A stretch of 64,000 nucleotides of DNA from positions 1 to 64,000 of the forward strand of contig CBDBHE010000005.1 in assembly GCA_965205605.1 (NCBI GenBank). The letters run 5' to 3'. A program made the position numbers and the translations under genes. Below, in pieces: positions 1 to 7,741 of this stretch (position 1 is the stretch's first letter; each line of letters begins with the position of its first letter). This DNA is from Spirochaetota bacterium. GTDB lineage: Bacteria > Spirochaetota > UBA12135 > COTS27 > CBDBHE01. The notes under the pieces are model-generated. The model was given only the letters and a program-made list of their open reading frames with translations. It ran no database searches and had not been told where the DNA came from.

Positions 1-581
1 GAAAGTACATGGGTCAGCAATAAAGCCATCTACAGAACAAGAAAAAGTATTAAAAAGGGAGGGGAACTTATTATTATTGCTCCAGGGGTAAAACGATTTG
101 GTGAACAAAAAATTGTTGACAAGTTAATTGATAAATACGGTTATTTTGGGACTAAAAAAAACTTTGAAAGCTTATAAAAAAAAATAAAGATCTCAATGAA
201 TTTTCAAACTCTGCCGCTCATTTAATCCATGGTTCTTCAGAAGGAAGGTTTAAAATTACTTACGCACCTGCAAGTCTTTCAAAAAAAAAAATCGAAAAAG
301 TCGGTTATCATTACATGGACATTAAAAAAGCACTTGAAATATATTCTCCTCAAAAAAAAAAAGAAGGTTATTATAAAGACAATAACAATTCTTATTATTT
401 TATTAAATACCCTAGTGCTGGCTTATGGTCTAGTCAAAAAAACTTTATTAAAAGTCTAAAAAAAAATCAAAAATATATTAAAAAAATGATCAAAAAAGAA
501 AACAAAGAAAATAGCTGGAACAAAATCTACGATCATAATTTGAAAATTATAAAAAAAATCAAAAAAAAAAATAAAATCTAA
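1..581 (+). pseudogene. 3' part of a LarA/DUF2088 (lactate racemase superfamily) gene; 5'-truncated by the window edge and frameshifted near 154-185
   Basis: Frame 1 reads ESTWVSNKAIYRTRKSIKKGGELIIIAPGVKRFGEQ...DKYGYFGT and stops at 175-177. Frame 3 continues NKDLNEFSNSAAHLIHGSSEGRFKITYAP...YMDIKK...PSAGLW into the 315..581 ORF. These motifs match LarA-domain proteins as I recall them. Confidence 0.65.
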
Positions 582-656
582 TAGTAAAATTAAAAAAATA
601 AGTGTATATTAAAATTAATAAATTTTTTTTTTGTTTATTCAAAAAAACCTTCTAAA

Positions 657-1158
657 ATGGCAATTATATTATTCAAAGGCAACCCTGCTAACACAATAGG
701 TGATTTTGCCTAATATAGGTGAGGATGCGAAGCCTTTTACATTGGCGTCCAAAGACTTAAATGATGTTTCATTAAATGACTATGAAGGTAAAATCAAAAT
801 TTTAAATATTGTCCCAAGTTTAGATACGAAAATTTGTGCCTTATCAGCGAAAAAATTTAATGAAATCGCCACTACAAAAAAAGAAATTGTTATTTTAACG
901 ATCTCTGAAGATTTGCCTTTTGCTCAAAAGAGATTTTGTGAAGCAGAAAATATTAACCAAGTCATTAGTCTTTCAAGCTTTAGGAGTTCCTTTGGGGAAG
1001 ACTATGGTGTAAAAATAATAGAGAGCCCCTTGAGAGGGTTATTGGCTCGTTCTATTTTAGTGATTGATCAAGCAAATAAAGTTATTTATAAAGAATTAGT
1101 AAAAGAAGTGACGAGCCAAGAACCCAATTACGATCAAGTTATTAAAGCTATTAATTAA
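657..1158 (+). CDS. tpx: thiol peroxidase (Tpx, atypical 2-Cys peroxiredoxin); +1 frameshift near 704-707
   Basis: Motifs VPSLDTKIC and SEDLPFAQKRFC. The typical N-terminus MAIILFKGNPANTIG starts at ATG 657 in a different frame from the 700..1158 ORF. Confidence 0.85.
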
Positions 1159-1505
1159 GAAATTTCTGATTTCTTTTGTAAAGCCCTTTTTTTTCTTTTA
1201 TTTTTTTGTTTCTTAAGTTTTCTTCTTTTTTTTTCTGTTTCACTTATGATTCCAAAAGAAGACTCTATTTTTTCAATTAAAAGGCGCCTGGCAAAAAAAC
1301 GATTATCCTCTCGACACCTTTCATAGCCTACTTTAACAATAATTCTTGTTGGTCTATGCTTTAAAAAAACTAAAGAAGCTGTTTTATTTGCCTTTTCTCC
1401 CCCTTTAGTTGAAGCTGATAAAAATTTTTCCTCAATGTCTTTTTCATTAATAGAAAGAAGATGCATCTTTTCTACTAACAATTTTTTTTTTTTATCAGAG
1501 ATCAT
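1155..1505 (-). CDS. short peptide chain release factor-like protein (ArfB/C12orf65-like RF-1 domain, basic C-tail) with GGE instead of GGQ
   Basis: DIEEKFLSASTKGGEKANKTASLVFLKHRPTRIIVK...RCREDNR, followed by a Lys/Arg-rich tail. Confidence 0.8.
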   Translation of the reverse strand: MISDKKKKLLVEKMHLLSINEKDIEEKFLSASTKGGEKANKTASLVFLKHRPTRIIVKVGYERCREDNRFFARRLLIEKIESSFGIISETEKKRRKLKKQKNKRKKRALQKKSEIS

Positions 1506-1509
1506 CTCT

Positions 1510-2097
1510 CTAGGTTATCAAATAAACCGTAAGCGACCTTGGACCATGAGCTCCTATAACAAGTGACTGTTCAATATCAGCTGTTTTTGAAGGACCCGAA
1601 ATGAAAAGACCATAAGAAATATTTTTAAAACTAATTTTTTCATAAGCTTCATGCATATTATTAACTAAATGCTTTAAGCTAGTAAAAAGAATCAAATGCT
1701 CTCCCATAAAATAAGTCAACCGATCCACCACCCCTTCATTAGTTACCCAAACAGCTCCATTTTCAGCAACACACACCCCTCCCTTAACAATAGCAAGGTC
1801 TAATTTCTTCACGCTCTCTTTTAAGTTATCTTCTTCAAATCCAAGACTTTTAATAAGCTTAAAATTAGAATAAATCGTTTTAGATTGTTTGTAAATCATT
1901 TGCTTTTCAATAGAAATTTTCAATTTTTTTTCATTTTTAACAATAAAACCTTTCCCTCCAACTTCAGAAAGAATTTTAAAAAACTGTTTTTCTTTATTTT
2001 TATAGATTGTTTTATCCGCTTTAAAAGGTTTTAATTCTTTCTCTTTTAAAGAAAAAAAATCTATTTTAGATAAAATTTTTTCCCGACTATTTCTCAT
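1510..2097 (-). CDS. lutC: lactate utilization protein C (LUD domain, YkgG/LutC)
   Basis: VAENGAVW and FISGPSKTADIEQSLVIGAHGPR; follows lutAB. Confidence 0.9.
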   Translation of the reverse strand: MRNSREKILSKIDFFSLKEKELKPFKADKTIYKNKEKQFFKILSEVGGKGFIVKNEKKLKISIEKQMIYKQSKTIYSNFKLIKSLGFEEDNLKESVKKLDLAIVKGGVCVAENGAVWVTNEGVVDRLTYFMGEHLILFTSLKHLVNNMHEAYEKISFKNISYGLFISGPSKTADIEQSLVIGAHGPRSLTVYLIT

Positions 2098-3487
2098 TTG
2101 ATTTTTTTTTAAAAACCCCTCCTAGCCTTTCTTGATAAATTTCCTTAAAGCTTTTTTTAGCAAAGAGAGGGAGTTCTCTTTTTTTTCCCCAAGCATTAAA
2201 TCGGTGATAAATCATAAAGCGAGGCAATTTAGAAGTTAATAACCTACCAACCTTCGAAAAAAAATGATAAAGAGAATTTTTATAAAGCACCTTCCCTAAA
2301 ATTTTCATTAAAATTCGTTTTGAAAAAGAAACCATTTTTTTATCGTTCAAATCAGCTCTCCAAGCAAGCAATTGATGGTGAAGATCCACTTTAACAGGAC
2401 ACACATCCGTACACGAACCACAAAGACTACTTGCAAAAGGAAGATTTGCATACTTTTTAGGGTTAACATGAGGTGCTAAAACAGCTCCTATAGGCCCTGG
2501 AACAACATAACCATAACTATGCCCTCCACTTCTTCTATAGACAGGACACGTGTTAATACAAGCTCCACAACGAATACAATTAAGAGATTTTCGGTAAACT
2601 GACTTGCCAACAATATCTGAACGATGGTTATCCACAATCACAATATGAAACTCTCCTCCCTTTTTAGGCTTTAAAAAATGAGAAGAATACGCTGTAATAG
2701 GCTGACCTGTTGCTGAACGAGCCAGTATTCTTAAAAAAATAGATAAGTCTTTCATTTGAGGAATCAATTTTTCAATCCCCATACATGCAATATGCACATG
2801 AGGTAACGAAGCTCCTATGTCTGCATTTTGTTCATTGGTACAAACAACGATTCCCCCCGTTTCTGCAATCGCAAAATTAACTCCTGTAATACCTGCCTCT
2901 GCATTTAAAAAATATTTTCTCATATCTTTTCTAGCTGCCATAACAAGGACTTTCTCATCATCTTCATGATCTTTTGTTTTTAAGTGCTGATGAAAAAGTT
3001 GGCCCACTTCTTTTTTCTTAAGATGAATCGCAGGCGTCACAATATGACTAGGCCTCTCTTTTCTAAGCTGAATAATTCTTTCTCCCAAATCAGTATCCAC
3101 TACTTTTATTTTTTTTGATTCTAAATATTGATTTAAATGACATTCCTCTGTTAACATCGATTTACTTTTAACCACATTTTTAACTTTATGTTTCTTTAAA
3201 ATACGATGAACAATTTGATTATGTTCCTTACCATTAAGAGCCCAATGAATATGGATTCCATTTTTTTTTGCATTCTTTTCAAAAAGCCTCAAATAATGAG
3301 AAAGCCGGCTAACCGTGTGTTCTTTAATTTGAGAAGCTTGGGAACGAAGGTCTTCCCATTCTTTAACTTGATTAACCGCTTTATCTCTTTTTTGCCTAAT
3401 AAACCAAATAGACTCATCATGCCAAAAGACTCTCTTCTTATCTTTATTAAAATGAGTCGCTTTTTTTGAATGATCAATTGTTTTCAT
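2087..3487 (-). CDS. lutB: L-lactate dehydrogenase complex Fe-S subunit (YkgF/LutB)
   Basis: KSKSMLTEE, TDLGERIIQL, PSHIVTPAIH, CIRCGACINTCP, SSLCGSCTDVCP. Confidence 0.95.
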   Translation of the reverse strand: MKTIDHSKKATHFNKDKKRVFWHDESIWFIRQKRDKAVNQVKEWEDLRSQASQIKEHTVSRLSHYLRLFEKNAKKNGIHIHWALNGKEHNQIVHRILKKHKVKNVVKSKSMLTEECHLNQYLESKKIKVVDTDLGERIIQLRKERPSHIVTPAIHLKKKEVGQLFHQHLKTKDHEDDEKVLVMAARKDMRKYFLNAEAGITGVNFAIAETGGIVVCTNEQNADIGASLPHVHIACMGIEKLIPQMKDLSIFLRILARSATGQPITAYSSHFLKPKKGGEFHIVIVDNHRSDIVGKSVYRKSLNCIRCGACINTCPVYRRSGGHSYGYVVPGPIGAVLAPHVNPKKYANLPFASSLCGSCTDVCPVKVDLHHQLLAWRADLNDKKMVSFSKRILMKILGKVLYKNSLYHFFSKVGRLLTSKLPRFMIYHRFNAWGKKRELPLFAKKSFKEIYQERLGGVFKKKSNEK

Positions 3488-4231
3488 TTAAGGCTTTTCT
3501 CCCAAAAGAATGTTGGCCAAATGCAATATTTTTATTTTAGATTTTTTCCTTTTTAAAAGTCCTTCCAAATGCATTAAGCAAGACATATCAACTCCTGTAA
3601 TCACTTGTGCATCTGCTTGCTTATGATCGATAAGTCGGTCTTCTCCCATTTGACAAGAAATCGTTTCTTGATAAGTAGAAAACATTCCTCCAAAACCACA
3701 ACATTCATCCTCTCTTTTAAGAGTAACAAGCTTTAAACCTTTGATTTTGCTTAAAAGACCTTTTGCTTTACTAAAAAAAGGGCCTACTTTTTCACTACTC
3801 TTTGCTAATCCAAGTTCTCTTAAACCATGGCAACTATGATGAAACCCTACTCGATAAGGAAAAGATATCTTCTTAGGTTCATAAGAAACAATTTCCACTA
3901 AAAATTCTGTTAATTCATAAGTTTTATTAAGAAAATCACGCGTATCCTTACTATCATTAAAAAAAGAATGATAATGATTTCTTATCATAGAGGTACAACT
4001 ACCCGAAGGACAAACAACATAATCATAATCATGAAACAAATCATAATACTTTTTAGCAATAGGCTTCACTCCTTTTTGAAACCCTGAATTGGCAATAGGC
4101 TGTCCACAACAAACTTGAGACAAGGGATAATGTGGTTTTATACCTACTTTTTCAAGTAAACGAAAAGTTGCTATACCAACCTCTGGATAAAATTGATCAA
4201 TATAACAAGGAATAAAAAGGGCAACATCCAC
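3488..4231 (-). CDS. lutA: L-lactate dehydrogenase complex CCG-domain subunit (YkgE/LutA)
   Basis: LFIPCYIDQFYP, CCGQP, SGSC, HHSCHGLR, CCGFGG. Confidence 0.95.
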   Translation of the reverse strand: MDVALFIPCYIDQFYPEVGIATFRLLEKVGIKPHYPLSQVCCGQPIANSGFQKGVKPIAKKYYDLFHDYDYVVCPSGSCTSMIRNHYHSFFNDSKDTRDFLNKTYELTEFLVEIVSYEPKKISFPYRVGFHHSCHGLRELGLAKSSEKVGPFFSKAKGLLSKIKGLKLVTLKREDECCGFGGMFSTYQETISCQMGEDRLIDHKQADAQVITGVDMSCLMHLEGLLKRKKSKIKILHLANILLGEKP

Positions 4232-4258
4232 TTAAGTAAAACCTAAAAAATAAAAACC

Positions 4259-5041
4259 TTAAGAAGAGTAAGCTCGATCCAAATGAGTATAACCACCATC
4301 AACATAAATAATTTGCCCTGTTGTATGATTAGATTTAGGGGAAGCTAAGAAAGTAACCATATCGGCTATTTCTTCAGAAGTCGTCATACGATTTCCTAAA
4401 GGAATTAAGTTATTAATTTTTTTTAAAGCAGACTCTCTATTTTCTAAAGAATTAAGCCAAGTTTCATAAAGAGGTGTTAAGACTTCTGCTGGCACAACCG
4501 TATTGACACGAACATGATATTTAGCAAAGTCCAAAGCCCATTCTCGAGTCAAAGCGTTCATCGCTCCTTTAGAAGCAGCATACCCACTTGTATTTCCTTG
4601 ACCTGTTTGAGCAACTTTTGAGGAAACATTGATAATAGTCCCTTGTCTCTTTTTAAGAACCGGTAGAGCATAGTGCACTAAAGCATAACAATGAACAATA
4701 TTTAAATGAAGAGAATCCATGAATTTTTCCGGAGAAGAATTAATCCCTACCGAATCATTTTTCCCTGCGTTATTAACTAAAATATCAATTTGTTGATACT
4801 TTTCTAAAGTACGCGAAATAATTTGTTCACAAAAACCATCTTTTGTTAAATCTCCAATAATAGGATAAACTTGTAACCCTTTGTTTGCTAATTGTTTGAC
4901 TAATTTTTCAGTGACTCCCTGATTTCGATCAACAATCACAACCTTTGCTCCTTCAAAAGCTAGCGACTTTACAATACCAGCCCCAATGCCTTTTCCACTT
5001 CCTGTAACAATAGCAACCTTGTCTTTTAATTTTAAATCCAT
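4259..5041 (-). CDS. SDR oxidoreductase, probable L-fucose dehydrogenase
   Basis: TGSGKGIG, NNAG, YAASK, C-terminal VDGGYTHLDRA; adjacent to a lactonase. Confidence 0.75.
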   Translation of the reverse strand: MDLKLKDKVAIVTGSGKGIGAGIVKSLAFEGAKVVIVDRNQGVTEKLVKQLANKGLQVYPIIGDLTKDGFCEQIISRTLEKYQQIDILVNNAGKNDSVGINSSPEKFMDSLHLNIVHCYALVHYALPVLKKRQGTIINVSSKVAQTGQGNTSGYAASKGAMNALTREWALDFAKYHVRVNTVVPAEVLTPLYETWLNSLENRESALKKINNLIPLGNRMTTSEEIADMVTFLASPKSNHTTGQIIYVDGGYTHLDRAYSS

Positions 5042-5069
5042 AACTCTTCCTTTCTACTTAAAAAAACAC

Positions 5070-5903
5070 CTATAAATCATAAAATTGAATAGCATTTTCT
5101 CCAAAAATTTTATTTTTTTTTTCCTTTGAAAAATGCTCTGTATAATCTTCCACAATCCCTTTAGCTTGTTCGTAGTCCTTAGCCCCTAAAAGTAAAACAG
5201 GCCAATCCGAACCAAACATCAATCGATCAAAACCAAAAGCTTCAAAAACAACATCCAAATAAGGAACAAAATCATCATACTTCCACTCATTCCAATTACC
5301 CTCTGTTACCAAACCAGAAACTTTACAATACAGATTGTTATGAGCACTTAATTCTTGTAAATGAGTTTTCCAAGGATCTATCAATTGATTAGCTATTTCA
5401 GGTTTTCCAAGATGATCAAGGACAATAGAAAGATTGGGTAGCTTATTTAAAAGTTGTATAGCCATAGGTAAATGCTTAGGATAAATTAATAAATCATAGG
5501 TTAATTTTTTTTGTTCTAAGACTTTAAGCCCCCTTATAAAATCATCTTTTAACATATAATTTTCATCTACTTCATCTTGAAGAATATGACGAATCCCTTT
5601 TAGTTTTTTATTGTGAGAAAGGGTCTGTAAAGTTTCTTCAATGTTTTCAGAGCAAAGGTCGACCCAAGCAACAACTCCATAAATAAAATTATTTTGTTCC
5701 GCCAAGCTTAAAAGCCACTTGGTTTCTTGGAAGTCTTGTCTTGCTTGAACACAAACACAACCGTCAATTTTATTTTTTTGAAGCTCTTTTTTAAGTAAAT
5801 TAGGCAAGTAATCTTTTTTTAAGATTCTCATCTTTTCGTTAATCCATCCATATTTTTCAGCAGAATAATGCCAAAAATGCTGGTGTGCATCAACAATTTC
5901 CAT
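5070..5903 (-). CDS. amidohydrolase_2 family, probable L-fuconolactonase
   Basis: DAHQHFW, GIRH, LDHLGKP, CKVSGL, MFGSDWPV. Confidence 0.8.
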   Translation of the reverse strand: MEIVDAHQHFWHYSAEKYGWINEKMRILKKDYLPNLLKKELQKNKIDGCVCVQARQDFQETKWLLSLAEQNNFIYGVVAWVDLCSENIEETLQTLSHNKKLKGIRHILQDEVDENYMLKDDFIRGLKVLEQKKLTYDLLIYPKHLPMAIQLLNKLPNLSIVLDHLGKPEIANQLIDPWKTHLQELSAHNNLYCKVSGLVTEGNWNEWKYDDFVPYLDVVFEAFGFDRLMFGSDWPVLLLGAKDYEQAKGIVEDYTEHFSKEKKNKIFGENAIQFYDL

Positions 5904-5936
5904 GTATCAATTGTCCTAAAAAATTAGCCCTATCCT

Positions 5937-6824
5937 TTAATTTTGCCCTTTATTTTGCCCTTTATTTTGCCCTTTAAAAGAAATCACATTTTGACGAGAA
6001 ACCCCTAAGCCATCAATTTTTGCTTCTACCACATCCCCTGCTTTTAAATATTGAGGAGAGCTCATTCCCAAACCTACTCCGGCAGGGGTGCCTGTAGAAA
6101 CAATGTCTCCTGGTAAAAGAGTCATGAAACAACTAATATAACTTAAAAGTGTTGGGACATCAAAAATTAAGTTTTTAGTGGTTCCATTTTGTTTCATCGT
6201 TCCATTAACGTTAAGGGTCATTTTTAAATCACTAATATCATTCATTTCATTTTGAGTAGCTACAAAAGGCCCAAAAGGAGCAAATGTATCACAACTTTTT
6301 CCCTTAACCCATTGCCCCGAACGCTCTAACTGAAACTCTCTTTCACTAAAATCTGAATGCAGTGCGTAACCTGCAATATAATCATACGCTGCTTCTTTAC
6401 TCACATAAGAAGCTTTTTTACCCACAACAAAAGCAAATTCAACTTCCCAATCAACTTTCTTTGCTCCTTTAGGAATCATCAAATCATCATAAGGGCCAAC
6501 ATAAGCCGAAGTTGATTTAAAAAATAAAACAGGTTCTTCAGGAGCTTTCATACCAGATTCTTCTGCGTGATCTTTAAAATTAAGACCAATACAAATGATT
6601 TTACTAGGACGACAAATAGGTGCTGCCCATCTTACAGACTGATCAACTTCCTTTAATAAATCTTTATTTTCAGAAAACCATTTTGAAAGCCGATTAATGC
6701 CACCTGTTTGAAAAAATCGCTCATTATAGTCTTCTCCAAAACCACTAGTGTCTACTCTTTTTCCATGGTCCAAAAGCAATCCTGTCTTCTCATTTGAAGT
6801 CTCTCCAAATCGAATAAGCTTCAT
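5937..6824 (-). CDS. fumarylacetoacetate hydrolase family, probable 2,4-diketo-3-deoxy-L-fuconate hydrolase
   Basis: KIICIGLN, DWEVE, WVKGKSCDTF, STGTPAGVG; operon context. Confidence 0.8.
   Translation of the reverse strand: MKLIRFGETSNEKTGLLLDHGKRVDTSGFGEDYNERFFQTGGINRLSKWFSENKDLLKEVDQSVRWAAPICRPSKIICIGLNFKDHAEESGMKAPEEPVLFFKSTSAYVGPYDDLMIPKGAKKVDWEVEFAFVVGKKASYVSKEAAYDYIAGYALHSDFSEREFQLERSGQWVKGKSCDTFAPFGPFVATQNEMNDISDLKMTLNVNGTMKQNGTTKNLIFDVPTLLSYISCFMTLLPGDIVSTGTPAGVGLGMSSPQYLKAGDVVEAKIDGLGVSRQNVISFKGQNKGQNKGQN
5940..5975. repeat. 3 x 12-bp tandem repeat (attttgcccttt) encoding C-terminal (KGQN)3
   Basis: three exact copies read directly. Confidence 0.95.
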
Positions 6825-6942
6825 ATTTCAATCCCTATCATAATAAATTTAAATACTTTTTAATAAAAAAAAGTTTATCATTATTAAATTTAAAATACCA
6901 CCCCTATTACTAATCACCTCGCTTGAATCATCATTTAATCTT

Positions 6943-7722
6943 CTAACGTAAATGCGTCACTCCCCCATCAATATCATAAGCCGATCCTGTGATAAAAGCA
7001 GCTTCATCAGAACACAAAAAAAATGCCAAAGCAGCAATTTCATTCGGTTGACCCATTCTCCCTAAAGGCTGGTAAGAAGAAAGTTTTTCAAACATTTCTT
7101 TTTCTTTTCCAGGATAGTTTTTCTTAATAAATCCATCAACAAAAGGAGTATGCACTCTAGCAGGACAAATACAATTAGCTCGTATCCCTTCATTGATATA
7201 ATCTTTAGCAACTGAAAGCGTCATCGTCAACACAGCTCCTTTACTCATCGAATAAGCAAATCGATCTTGAAGCCCTATTTTAGAAGCAATCGAAGCAAGA
7301 TTTAAAATCACTCCTTCTTTTTGTTTTAACATATACAAAATAGCTTCTTTCATTCCATTATAAACCCCTTTTACATTCACCTGATAAATTTGATCAAAAT
7401 CTTCTTCATTAGTATTTTCAATACTACCCACATGGGCAATACCTGCATTATTTATCAAAACATCAATTTTTGAAAATTCATCTACAATTTTTTTAAACGT
7501 TTCTTTCACATTTTTTTGACTAGAAACATCACAAGAAAAAAAAATAGCTTTTCCCTTTCCTCCTTGTTTAATTTTTTCTAAAACATTCGAAGCTGCTGCT
7601 TGATTTAATTCTAAAATAATAACCGTTGCTCCTTCTTTTGCAAAACGTACCGATATTGCCTCTCCAATCCCAGAGCCACCTCCTGTAACAATCACAATTT
7701 TGTTTTTTAATTGAATACTCAT
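6943..7722 (-). CDS. SDR oxidoreductase, probable 2-keto-3-deoxy-L-fuconate dehydrogenase
   Basis: TGGGSGIG, NNAG, DRFAYSMSKGAV, CICPARVHTPFV; operon context. Confidence 0.75.
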   Translation of the reverse strand: MSIQLKNKIVIVTGGGSGIGEAISVRFAKEGATVIILELNQAAASNVLEKIKQGGKGKAIFFSCDVSSQKNVKETFKKIVDEFSKIDVLINNAGIAHVGSIENTNEEDFDQIYQVNVKGVYNGMKEAILYMLKQKEGVILNLASIASKIGLQDRFAYSMSKGAVLTMTLSVAKDYINEGIRANCICPARVHTPFVDGFIKKNYPGKEKEMFEKLSSYQPLGRMGQPNEIAALAFFLCSDEAAFITGSAYDIDGGVTHLR

Positions 7723-7741
7723 TTATCAACCCCTACTTTTT

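Noticed and set aside
229-459. 76-aa ORF in the track
   Set aside because: It is an off-frame overlap of the LarA-like coding region; the conserved motifs are in frame 3.
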